Below are positions 30,536 to 38,375 of a stretch of DNA of 64,000 nt, piece after piece; positions within the stretch are counted from its first letter, which is position 1; every line of letters starts with the position of its first letter. The position numbers and the translations under genes are program-made. The notes below the pieces were generated by a model. It was given only the letters and a program-made list of their open reading frames with translations. It made no database searches and had not been told where the DNA came from. Location: NCBI GenBank assembly GCA_000995965.1, contig LBYD01000002.1, forward strand, positions 199,889-263,888, read 5' to 3'. The stretch comes from Candidatus Moranbacteria bacterium GW2011_GWC2_40_12. GTDB taxonomy: Bacteria; Patescibacteriota; Minisyncoccia; Moranbacterales; UBA11712.

Positions 30536-31621
30536 ATGAAAAAGTCATATTTTCAACCCGTTATCGTTTTCACGATTGTTCTTTTGACAATAATATTTTT
30601 TTTGCAAATCGCAATTTTATCCCCGGCCGTGCTTGCCGATGACGACAGCACCGGAGGACTGGTTCCCTGCAACAACAAATGCACCCTTTGCCATATTCTG
30701 ATCGGTCTTCAAAACATATTCAAATATCTCATTGGCCTGCTTTTTGTCGCTACGATGTTTTTTGTCACCTTAAATGGCGCGCTGATGATGGTTTCAGCCG
30801 GAAGCAAGAAGATTATCGGCCAGGTAAAAACCGCTCTTGGCTACTGCCTGAAAGGTTTCCTCCTTTTTCTTATCTGCTGGGTTATTGTCACGGGTATCAT
30901 GAAAACACTGGGCTACAGGCAACTCAACAATTGGTGGCAGTTTGAATGTGACACGACTCAAGCAGAACCACCGGTATCACCTACCCCATCACCAACCCCG
31001 TCACCGACCCCAACTCCTACAAATAAATCATGCAAAGACATTGGCGGTATCTGTCGAATTTGGCATCCTTCGATGGAGGGGCAATCGAAGTGCGAGGAAG
31101 GAGAGCAGCCCCGAGAAGATTACAAGTGCCCAAATTCGGGAGAAATTTGCTGTATCACAAAGGCAATCTGGAATTGTGCCGACGCTGCGGCCGCGGCTCG
31201 AGAAGTAATTAATAATTATATGAAACTAGTAAACAGTGGCCAGCAATATGGTGCTAAGTTACCAGGCGATATAATAAAGGAAACTGCAAACTGTGGTTCA
31301 TCGTGCAATTGGTCTTGGCAGTCTGCCGGTCTGCCGGATTTCTGGAGTCTGAAACGGAGTGAATGGGACGGAAACCCAAATTCTTTGCAGCCGGGCGACA
31401 TTTGCTTACTAGTTTCGAATGATCCTAACGCACAAGGTGACGCTAAATATCCGCATGCGTTTATGATTTTGGATCAAAATGGCATGACAACTATGGCAAG
31501 CCCTAAAATCAATATCACATATAGTAAGGATGGGTTAAACTATAATATTAATCGACTAAAACCAGAAAATTTACATATTGAAGTAGTTCGTATTTCAGAC
31601 GTGGTTTGCAAGAACAAATAG
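30536..31621 (+). CDS. Pilin-like protein fused to a Cys-rich module and a putative NlpC/P60-like domain
   Basis: GGLVPC...CTLCH pilin part, PT linker, then NCGSSC...LQPGDI...PHAFM. Confidence 0.75.
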   Translation: MKKSYFQPVIVFTIVLLTIIFFLQIAILSPAVLADDDSTGGLVPCNNKCTLCHILIGLQNIFKYLIGLLFVATMFFVTLNGALMMVSAGSKKIIGQVKTALGYCLKGFLLFLICWVIVTGIMKTLGYRQLNNWWQFECDTTQAEPPVSPTPSPTPSPTPTPTNKSCKDIGGICRIWHPSMEGQSKCEEGEQPREDYKCPNSGEICCITKAIWNCADAAAAAREVINNYMKLVNSGQQYGAKLPGDIIKETANCGSSCNWSWQSAGLPDFWSLKRSEWDGNPNSLQPGDICLLVSNDPNAQGDAKYPHAFMILDQNGMTTMASPKINITYSKDGLNYNINRLKPENLHIEVVRISDVVCKNK

Positions 31622-31641
31622 AATTAAGGTGGAATAAACTC

Positions 31642-32379
31642 ATGTCTCTCAAAAAAATTTTTATTGCTACCGGAATTGTTATAATCATCGCCGTTTCGGT
31701 GATTTGGCTCTATCTCTCGTCCCAAAAAGAGGAAAATATTTCCCCAGAGCCAACGCAAAACGAGGAGAGTGCTGTTCCGGCCGCTCTTCCCTCTGGAACA
31801 GAATCTTCTGGAAATTTGGAAAATGTCGAAAAAGCGCGAAAAATATTTGAAAATCTCATTCAGGAAAAGATTTCCGACAAAACAAAAAAAGACGGATCAA
31901 AAAAAGTTGATTTCAGGGATCAAAAAGGGAATCTGATCCCCCTTTCGGATTTCGAAAATGCGCTTGGCGTCGAAATATACCCTAAACTTAAGGAATATTT
32001 GAACAATGGATATCAAGTATTTTATTGCCCTGGAGCGGACGGGGAAAAAACATTCGGTGTTTATCTGGAGTATAATCAAGAAAAAGTTTATAAGGGGTTC
32101 ACTTATGATGTTTTGGATATGATGAAAGGTTGGGAAAATTCAATTTTCCCCAATTTTCACACAGTTTTGTTTCCCGATTTTGATTTCAATAAAGACAGCT
32201 TGAATCAAAAAATCGAGTTTCGAGATGGAAAATACAGATATGCCGAAGTAAATTTTCCCGACGGAAAAAAGAGCTCCATTCAATACGATGCTGTTGAATC
32301 TGGAATTATTATCGCCGCTTCCTCCTCTTGTCTCGACAATGTGCATCAATATTATGAACCCATATTGCCGCAGCCATAA
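31642..32379 (+). CDS. Hypothetical single-pass membrane protein
   Basis: N-terminal TM and extracellular domain; ATG 31642. Confidence 0.8.
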   Translation: MSLKKIFIATGIVIIIAVSVIWLYLSSQKEENISPEPTQNEESAVPAALPSGTESSGNLENVEKARKIFENLIQEKISDKTKKDGSKKVDFRDQKGNLIPLSDFENALGVEIYPKLKEYLNNGYQVFYCPGADGEKTFGVYLEYNQEKVYKGFTYDVLDMMKGWENSIFPNFHTVLFPDFDFNKDSLNQKIEFRDGKYRYAEVNFPDGKKSSIQYDAVESGIIIAASSSCLDNVHQYYEPILPQP

Positions 32380-32400
32380 TCATAATTTTTTTACAAAACA

Positions 32401-32985
32401 ATGAAAAAAATCATACTCCCCCTCGTTATTCTCTTGGCAATATTTTTTCTTCAAGCCAGGCCGGCATTTGCCGCCTCCATTGATTTCACAAACCCTTTGA
32501 CTGCCACCGATCTCAAGACCGTTTTGACGAATATCATGACATACCTCAGAAACATTGCCGGATCAATCGCCCTCCTTTTTATCGTTATCGGCGGGATTAT
32601 GTATATTGTCTCAACCGGCGACAAGGATAGAATGGAGCGCGCGAAAAACACTCTCATTTACGCCCTTGCCGGGTTTGCCATCGTATTAGCCGCATCTACT
32701 TTCACCTCCGAAATTCAGACGGCTCTCGGAGAGAGCGTGACATCCACCGGCGGACCCACTCTAGCGCAGATTATCCTCAATGTTTTGAGACTCCTTTTGT
32801 CAATCGTGGGATCTCTTGCTATAATAAGCATAGTGATCGGCGCCATTTGGATGTTCTCCGCCGGGGGAGATAAAGAAAGGTATGAGCTCGGGAAAAAAAC
32901 TGTGATCTATTCAATAGTCGGCGTGACGGTCGTTTTGATTTCCGTAATCGTCCTCAACCAAATCAAGACATTGATTGGCGGATAA
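32401..32985 (+). CDS. Pilin with two TrbC/VirB2-type units
   Basis: IGGIMYIVSTGD...AKNTL and IGAIWMFSAGGD...GKKTV. Confidence 0.85.
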   Translation: MKKIILPLVILLAIFFLQARPAFAASIDFTNPLTATDLKTVLTNIMTYLRNIAGSIALLFIVIGGIMYIVSTGDKDRMERAKNTLIYALAGFAIVLAASTFTSEIQTALGESVTSTGGPTLAQIILNVLRLLLSIVGSLAIISIVIGAIWMFSAGGDKERYELGKKTVIYSIVGVTVVLISVIVLNQIKTLIGG

Positions 32986-33035
32986 AAACCCGAAAAAAAA
33001 TAATTTCGATGAAATTTGTGAGAGGAGGTGAATAA

Positions 33036-33392
33036 ATGAAAAAGAAAATACAATCTGTTGTGAGAAAAGTTTGGGCGGTGGCCTTTCTGTTTCCGCTGGT
33101 GGCATCGGCTCAATTTACAAAGCCCGGGAATACTGGTTTGCCTACTGGAACAATTTTCAACATTATCAAAGGTATTATGAACTGGCTTTTGGGAATTCTG
33201 GGGTTTGTGGCCGTTATTGGTTTTGTCGTAAGCGGAATCATGTTTCTTATTGCAGCTGGTGATGAAGACCGCCAAAAAACCGCCAAAAAAGCCATGTTTT
33301 ATTCAATTACGGGTGTCATTGTGGGCTTGGTTGGTTATGTAGCCTTGTTGGCGATTGAGGCAATGTTGAACGCGTCATCCGCGACATTCTGA
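33036..33392 (+). CDS. TrbC/VirB2-type pilin
   Basis: SD gaggaggtg; SGIMFLIAAGDE...AKKAMFYSITG. Confidence 0.87.
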   Translation: MKKKIQSVVRKVWAVAFLFPLVASAQFTKPGNTGLPTGTIFNIIKGIMNWLLGILGFVAVIGFVVSGIMFLIAAGDEDRQKTAKKAMFYSITGVIVGLVGYVALLAIEAMLNASSATF

Positions 33393-33423
33393 CCAGATAA
33401 ATATTTCTGAAAAGGTTTCCTTT

Positions 33424-33453
33424 GCGGCTTCGTTTCCAATGGAGCCGCTTTTT
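33424..33453 (+). terminator. Intrinsic terminator
   Basis: gcggcttc / ggagccgc stem followed by T-tract. Confidence 0.6.
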
Positions 33454-33532
33454 ATTTGGATTGTATATTGCATAGTCTTCCTCGAAAAGCTATAATAAGC
33501 TCGGCGAGAAAAATAATTATTTTGAGACAAAA

Positions 33533-33931
33533 ATGAAAAAGACAATATGTTGCTATCTCACAACGACTAGAAATAAAAAGAAAATATTTATCGAAATATT
33601 TTTTGCTGTTTTCTTTTTAGTTATTTTTCTTCCAGGAGCGATTTTTGCTCAAGGTGTGCCCATTCCATCCGAGAGCCTGCCCGCGGGCAGTGATTTGAAA
33701 ACGGTGGTTGAGAATTTCATGAAGTGGCTTCTTGGCATCTTTGGTTTTTTGGCAATTATCGCTTTTATCGTAAGTGGAATAATGTATCTTACTTCTGGCG
33801 GTGACAAGGAGAGAGCGGAAACAGCTAAAAAAGCCATGAATTATTCCGTCATAGGGGTAATTGCAGGTTTATCGGGATATCTGATTATCCAAGCCATTGA
33901 AAGCTGGCTCGGTGGTTCTACTACTTTTTAG
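33533..33931 (+). CDS. TrbC/VirB2-type pilin
   Basis: SGIMYLTSGGD...AKKAMNYSVIG. Confidence 0.85.
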   Translation: MKKTICCYLTTTRNKKKIFIEIFFAVFFLVIFLPGAIFAQGVPIPSESLPAGSDLKTVVENFMKWLLGIFGFLAIIAFIVSGIMYLTSGGDKERAETAKKAMNYSVIGVIAGLSGYLIIQAIESWLGGSTTF

Positions 33932-34058
33932 CCACAGCGCAGGCAATGCTTGTTTTTAAATTTCTCTGCGCGAAACTTTTCGCTCCGCGCTTTTTTATGG
34001 CTTGATTATATAATGAGCAGGAGTTATTATAATAAATGCTTCTGGAATGGCAGATTCA

Positions 34059-34182
34059 CCCCGCACCATTTTGGGTGAGTGGCGAAATTGGCATACGCAC
34101 TAGCCTTAGGAGCTAGCGGGGCGACCCATGGAGGTTCGAGTCCTCTCTCACCCAAAAAATTAGATCAAAAAATGGTGCGGGG
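34059..34182. repeat. Perfect 14-bp inverted repeats bracketing tRNA-Leu(TAG)
   Basis: ccccgcaccatttt (34059-34072) / aaaatggtgcgggg (34169-34182). Confidence 0.85.
34073..34154 (+). tRNA. tRNA-Leu(TAG)
   Basis: Acceptor GGGTGAG/CTCACCC; ctagc-ctTAGga-gctag; long variable arm. Confidence 0.95.
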
Positions 34183-34229
34183 CACACCAGCCCCCGCACT
34201 AAATTGCTCCGCAATTAGTGCGGGGTAAA

Positions 34230-34279
34230 CTTAGGAGCTAGCGCCGCAAGGCATGAGGGTTCAACTCCCTCCCTGCCCA
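34230..34279 (+). pseudogene. 3' half of a second tRNA-Leu(TAG)
   Basis: cttaggagctagcgccgcaaggcatgagggttcaactccctccctgccca; begins at the anticodon loop; acceptor strand differs from the intact copy. Confidence 0.85.
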
Positions 34280-34292
34280 CAAGATATTTCAA

Positions 34293-34364
34293 ATGGAGGT
34301 TTTTACCCCGACTTTACGTCGGGGCAAGTCCCTGCCTGCCGGCAGGCAGGCTCTCCCCGGCACA
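34293..34364 (+). pseudogene. 3' fragment of a third tRNA (Leu-like) with two palindromes inserted in the T-arm
   Basis: atggaggtt[..ccccgactttacgtcgggg]caagtc[cctgcctgccggcaggcagg]ctctccccggcac. Confidence 0.7.
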
Positions 34365-35072
34365 ATGCTCAAAATTATTTTTCAAAACAAAGGTTATATT
34401 GTCGTCAACAAGCCAGCGGGGCTGGCTGTTCACTCCGGCGTGGGGATCAAAGAAAAAACTCTGGTTGATTTTTTAGTCGACAAATTTCCCGAAATCAAAA
34501 ATGTTGGCGATGAGCCGGAAATGAGGCCGGGAATTGTTCACCGCCTCGACAAAGATACTTCCGGCGTGATGGTTGTGGCGCGAAATCAGAAAACTTTTGA
34601 ATATCTCAAAAACCTTTTCAAAAAGCGCGAAGTCGAAAAAAAATATCTGGCATTGGTTTATGGGGAGCTGAAAAACAAGGAAGGAAAAATTGAAGGAGAA
34701 ATGGGCCGGTCAAAAAGGGACTTCCGGAAACAATCTTTCGTAAGAGGAAAAGTCGAAGTCAGAAAAGAAAGGTATTCCCTGACGCATTATATGGTTATTA
34801 AAGAATTTGGGAATTATTCCCTTCTTGAAGTATCCCCGAAAACTGGCCGGACGCACCAAATCCGGGTCCATCTTCATTCTATTGGCCATCCAGTCGTGGG
34901 AGATAGAAAATATTCTTTCAAAGAATATAAGCGCCAAAAATGCGCTCGGATGTTCCTCCACGCAAATGAAATAGTATTTGTTGGCCAGGAAGGGAAAAAA
35001 ATGAGATTTGTTTCTCCCGCGCCAAAAGAAATGAAAGAGCATCTAGGCGGGGTTGACTGCGGAGGAAAATAA
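34365..35072 (+). CDS. RluA family pseudouridine synthase
   Basis: NKPAGL, HRLDKDTSG, TGRTHQIRVH motifs; start at ATG 34365. Confidence 0.95.
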   Translation: MLKIIFQNKGYIVVNKPAGLAVHSGVGIKEKTLVDFLVDKFPEIKNVGDEPEMRPGIVHRLDKDTSGVMVVARNQKTFEYLKNLFKKREVEKKYLALVYGELKNKEGKIEGEMGRSKRDFRKQSFVRGKVEVRKERYSLTHYMVIKEFGNYSLLEVSPKTGRTHQIRVHLHSIGHPVVGDRKYSFKEYKRQKCARMFLHANEIVFVGQEGKKMRFVSPAPKEMKEHLGGVDCGGK

Positions 35073-35124
35073 TTATATGATATACTGGCTTGTAAGAAGC
35101 GGTTTTTTTATTTAATCTAATACT

Positions 35125-35607
35125 ATGAAGAAGGTGACGGAATACAATCAAAAAGTGCGGGCCTCAAGAAAAATGCCCCAGCTGCGGTCCGGTGATATCG
35201 TTAAGGTGCATAGGAAAGTAAAAGAGGGAGAGAAAGAAAGAACGCAGGTCTTTGAAGGGATCATTATTTCCATAAAGGGAAAACAAAGCTCTTCACCAAT
35301 GATCACAGTGAGGAAAGTTTCTTTCGGAGTGGGAGTGGAGATTATCGTGCCAGTTTTTTCTCCGCTAATTGAAAAGATCGAAGTTATCAAGAAAGCGAAA
35401 ACAAAGCAATCGAAACTCTATTATCTCCGGCGCAAAGACTTCAAACTTTCGAAGCTCAAAATGAAAGAACTGGATAAATTTATTGCAGAAGACAAGGAAG
35501 AAGAGATAGAAGAGCCGCCTGAAGAGAAAGCTGAAAAAATTGGCGAGGGAGAAAACAATGTGGCAAAAAAAGAAATTGCTGAAGAGAAAGAGATTAAAAA
35601 AGATTAG
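35125..35607 (+). CDS. rplS: 50S ribosomal protein L19
   Basis: GDIVKVH, RTQVFEG, TVRKVSFGVGVE, KLYYLR; acidic tail. Confidence 0.96.
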   Translation: MKKVTEYNQKVRASRKMPQLRSGDIVKVHRKVKEGEKERTQVFEGIIISIKGKQSSSPMITVRKVSFGVGVEIIVPVFSPLIEKIEVIKKAKTKQSKLYYLRRKDFKLSKLKMKELDKFIAEDKEEEIEEPPEEKAEKIGEGENNVAKKEIAEEKEIKKD

Positions 35608-35621
35608 ATTTTTTATATCTT

Positions 35622-35705
35622 GCCGTGGTGCCGGAACTGGTAGACGGGCCAGCTTGAGGGGCTGGTGTCCATTAGGGCGTGGGAGTTCGAGTCTCCCCCA
35701 CGGCA
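35622..35705 (+). tRNA. tRNA-Leu(GAG)
   Basis: Acceptor GCCGTGG/CCACGGC; ccagc-ttGAGgg-gctgg. Confidence 0.95.
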
Positions 35706-35775
35706 CTCGAACAGGAAAATTATTCCTGTTGGAAAGCAGATGTTCTCACAAAATATATTTAGAAAGCAAAACGAC

Positions 35776-35849
35776 GGGCGCGTAGCTCAGTTGGTTAGAG
35801 CATCTGTCTTACAAACAGAGGGTCAGAGGTTCGAGTCCTCTCGCGCCCA
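35776..35849 (+). tRNA. tRNA-Val(TAC)
   Basis: Acceptor GGGCGCG/CGCGCCC; tctgt-ctTACaa-acaga. Confidence 0.96.
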
Positions 35850-35858
35850 CGAGTATAT

Positions 35859-35909
35859 GCCGGGCTAGCTCAGTCCCGCCAGAGGCGGATAAAGTCCGAG
35901 CAGAGGACT
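35859..35909 (+). pseudogene. 5' half of a tRNA-Phe with a palindrome in the D-loop
   Basis: gccgggctagctcagt[cccgccagaggcgga..]gagcagaggact; similarity ends at U33. Confidence 0.8.
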
Positions 35910-35946
35910 TGAGGTTAGCGTCGGAATTAACAATCGAATAATTTTT

Positions 35947-36314
35947 GCCGGGCTAGCTCAGTGGTAGAGCAGAAGACTGATTTTCGGTCCATTCCGCAGC
36001 GATGCGGAAAAGAAAAATCGGGTGAATTCGAGGAAACCTAATCTCCGACGTTATGTTGGAGCAGGGCAATCTCGAGCCAATCCTTCGCCGGGAGGCTACG
36101 GATTGCAAGCAAGCTAATTTTAGAAGGCTTGCCTGCCGTAGCTTTAGCGGAGGCAGGTGTAGAGACTAGCAGGTGAGTTCCAACAATAATCCTGCGCCAG
36201 CGCCCGACCGCTCCCTTCGCGAAGGGAGGGGATGAAATAGTCCGATCCTTGGGGAAACTCAAGCAAACGACGAGGAAAATCTTTGTGTGCCCAGTTCGAT
36301 TCTGGGGCCCGGCA
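35947..36314 (+). tRNA. tRNA-Phe(GAA), exons 35947-35978 and 36275-36314
   Basis: Joined exons give gaaga-ctGAAaa-tcttt; acceptor GCCGGGC/GCCCGGC. Confidence 0.9.
35979..36274 (+). ncRNA. Group I intron (296 nt, no ORF) after U33 of tRNA-Phe
   Basis: P1 gacu/gguc with U-G wobble; P aattcgaggaa; Q aatctcgagc; R gtagagacta; S gaaatagtcc; P3 tcgggtg/cgcccga; terminal G. Confidence 0.9.
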
Positions 36315-36388
36315 CAAACAATTTATAAACTACGCCAAAGCGGGATTGCCCGCCGAAGCCTGCCTGCCAGCAGGCAGGCGTAGCGCAG

Positions 36389-36460
36389 GCGGGTATCGTA
36401 TAGCGGCTATTATGTGTCCTTGCCAAGGACAAGATACGGGTTCGACTCCCGTTACCCGCT
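36389..36460 (+). tRNA. tRNA-Gly(GCC)
   Basis: Acceptor GCGGGTA/TACCCGC, U73; tgtcc-ttGCCaa-ggaca. Confidence 0.94.
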
Positions 36461-36516
36461 CACGAAACGAAAATCTTCTTCAGGGGATTTATGTTTCGCT
36501 GAAAATCAGAATTGGA

Positions 36517-36545
36517 TTGACAAGAATATTTTTCTGCGCTATACT
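36517..36545 (+). promoter_or_regulatory. Sigma70-type promoter
   Basis: TTGACA-N17-TATACT. Confidence 0.7.
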
Positions 36546-36646
36546 GTCATAGTGCCAATTTAAAATAAGGCACCCGAAATGAATAAAAACTACTTTCCAG
36601 CGAAGTTGTTTTTTGTTTTTCAAAAATTATAAAATAACATAAAAAT

Positions 36647-36811
36647 ATGTCAAAATTCGAACTTCTGAAACAACTGGAATATCTCATCGCCTTTCAGGCA
36701 AATTGTCTTGATAGCGGAGACTGGGAGAGTTTTGACAAGACGGAAAACGAGATAAAGAAGATTGAAGAAAGAATTATAAATTGGGATAAAAATATAGCCA
36801 ATATAGCGTGA
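36647..36811 (+). CDS. Small hypothetical protein (54 aa; below the ORF-track cutoff)
   Basis: MSKFELLKQLEYLIAFQANCLDSGDWESFDKTENEIKKIEERIINWDKNIANIA, downstream of a near-consensus promoter. Confidence 0.6.
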   Translation: MSKFELLKQLEYLIAFQANCLDSGDWESFDKTENEIKKIEERIINWDKNIANIA

Positions 36812-36852
36812 AACACTTGAATTTACCGTGAAACAATAGGCACCCGGGACGC

Positions 36853-36881
36853 TTGACATTTTTGGATTAGAGTGATATAAT
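36853..36881 (+). promoter_or_regulatory. Perfect sigma70 consensus promoter
   Basis: TTGACA-N17-TATAAT. Confidence 0.8.
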
Positions 36882-36998
36882 TGTCCGTTAAGTCCTGAAA
36901 AGGGCTTTTTTGATTGGAGAGCTTGCTCGACAATCAATCCGCCTTTGGCGGATAGGCCTGAAGTAAAGATTTAACTTTAACAATTCACTCATTTTGCC

Positions 36999-37550
36999 AT
37001 GCGTATTTTGGCGACGCTGGCTCTTTTGGGGGCAGTCTTCGCAAATCCTCAATTTTCCTCGAAGGCTTTGGCCCAGGGAGCCTCTGACCAAAATATAGAG
37101 CAAAAATCAAAAAGTGAATCAAATACAATTGAAAACAAGATAATTTCAGCAAATGATAATTTTATCGCTTCAGCTTATATTCCGGAAGTGAATCCCAAGA
37201 AGCTTGCGTATTTCGAACGATTGAGAAAAAATATCAAGCTAATTGACTATTCAAAGCTTCCCAGCGGCGATTTCACCATCAATGCTTCTGCCTATACGGC
37301 GGCGGCTGATGAGTGCGGAAAGTCAGACGGGATTACCGCCAGCGGACGGAAAGTTATGGAAGGCCGGACGCTCGCTTGTCCTCCGGGATATACTTTTGGA
37401 ACCAAGATTGAGATTGACGGAATGGGAACCTATGTCTGTGAGGACCGCGGCGGAGCGATCAAAGGAAACCACTTTGACATCTATGTTGAGACAAAAAAAC
37501 AAGCTTTCGCTTTCGGACGAAGAAATCTTTTGGCGAGAGTCGTGAAATAA
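36999..37550 (+). CDS. 3D domain-containing secreted protein
   Basis: Signal peptide; ASAYT, GITASG, FGTKIEI, EDRGGAIKGNHFDIY. Confidence 0.9.
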   Translation: MRILATLALLGAVFANPQFSSKALAQGASDQNIEQKSKSESNTIENKIISANDNFIASAYIPEVNPKKLAYFERLRKNIKLIDYSKLPSGDFTINASAYTAAADECGKSDGITASGRKVMEGRTLACPPGYTFGTKIEIDGMGTYVCEDRGGAIKGNHFDIYVETKKQAFAFGRRNLLARVVK

Positions 37551-37579
37551 ACAAACGCCCCCGATCGGGGGCGTTTGTT
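37550..37579. terminator. Bidirectional terminator (perfect palindrome)
   Basis: aacaaacgcccccgatcgggggcgtttgtt. Confidence 0.75.
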
Positions 37580-37662
37580 GTAATTAGCAATCTGCAATTT
37601 GTAATGCGGATAATAAAAGGAAAATCCCGATTACCAATTACGAATTGCCGGTTGCGATAAGA

Positions 37663-38250
37663 TCATTTTATTATCTTATCCACCACTCCATAATCCCTGG
37701 CTTCCTCCGCGCTCATGAAATAATCGCGGTCGGTGTCTTTTTCGATTCTTGAAAGAGACTGTCCGGTGTGCTTGGCCAGAATTTTGTTTATCCGATCCTT
37801 GGTCTTGATGATTTGCCTCGCGTGAATAGCCACGTCAGCTGCCTGTCCGGTCGCTCCTCCCATCACCTGATGAAGAAGGACTTCGCTGTTGGGGAGGCAC
37901 AGCCTTTTTCCTTTAGCGCCGGCGGTGAGAAGTAGTGCGCCTGCTGAAGCGGCGAGGCCAACACAGATTGTGGAAACATCGCACTTCACGTATTGCATCG
38001 TATCATAGATGGCAAGTGCCGCGCTCACCGACCCGCCGGGAGAGTTGACATAAATCCGGATGTCTTCTTTTGAATTTTGGTTATAGAGGAAAAGAAGCTG
38101 GGCAATGATTGAGTTGGCGACGTGGTCGTCAATCGGCCCGCCGAGAAAAATAATCCGTTCCTTGAGAAGCCGGGAATAAATGTCATACGCCCGCTCGCCA
38201 TAGGCGGTTTTTTCAATGACAGTGGGGATGAGAAGTTGGTTTTTGATCAT
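37663..38250 (-). CDS. clpP: ATP-dependent Clp protease proteolytic subunit
   Basis: [33 protein letters not shown]. Confidence 0.97.
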   Translation of the reverse strand: MIKNQLLIPTVIEKTAYGERAYDIYSRLLKERIIFLGGPIDDHVANSIIAQLLFLYNQNSKEDIRIYVNSPGGSVSAALAIYDTMQYVKCDVSTICVGLAASAGALLLTAGAKGKRLCLPNSEVLLHQVMGGATGQAADVAIHARQIIKTKDRINKILAKHTGQSLSRIEKDTDRDYFMSAEEARDYGVVDKIIK

Positions 38251-38372
38251 TTGAATTGAGAATCATGAATTGTGAATTCTGAATGTGAATATTGAATATT
38301 GAATTTAGTTAATGACTTTTTATTCTAAATTCTTTATTCTCATTCTCAATTCTAAATTCCCAATTCGCAATT
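38251..38372. repeat. Inverted heptamer-array element, family B
   Basis: tgaat/agaat heptamers facing attc heptamers; fills the tig-clpP spacer. Confidence 0.7.
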
Positions 38373-38375
38373 CTT

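Noticed and set aside
34293-34364. 24-aa N-terminal extension of the RluA-family protein
   Set aside because: The sequence is a tRNA 3' relic plus two palindromes; ATG 34365 is the better start.
36340-36350. gcgggat as a 5' relic of an earlier tRNA-Gly
   Set aside because: Only 7 nt and adjacent to GC-rich palindromes, too short to support, so not counted among the relic loci.
36038-36552. ORFs 36038-36262 (-) and 36283-36552 (+) as intron-encoded or novel proteins
   Set aside because: They overlap the intron core, the tRNA-Phe exon and tRNA-Gly, and have no nuclease motifs.
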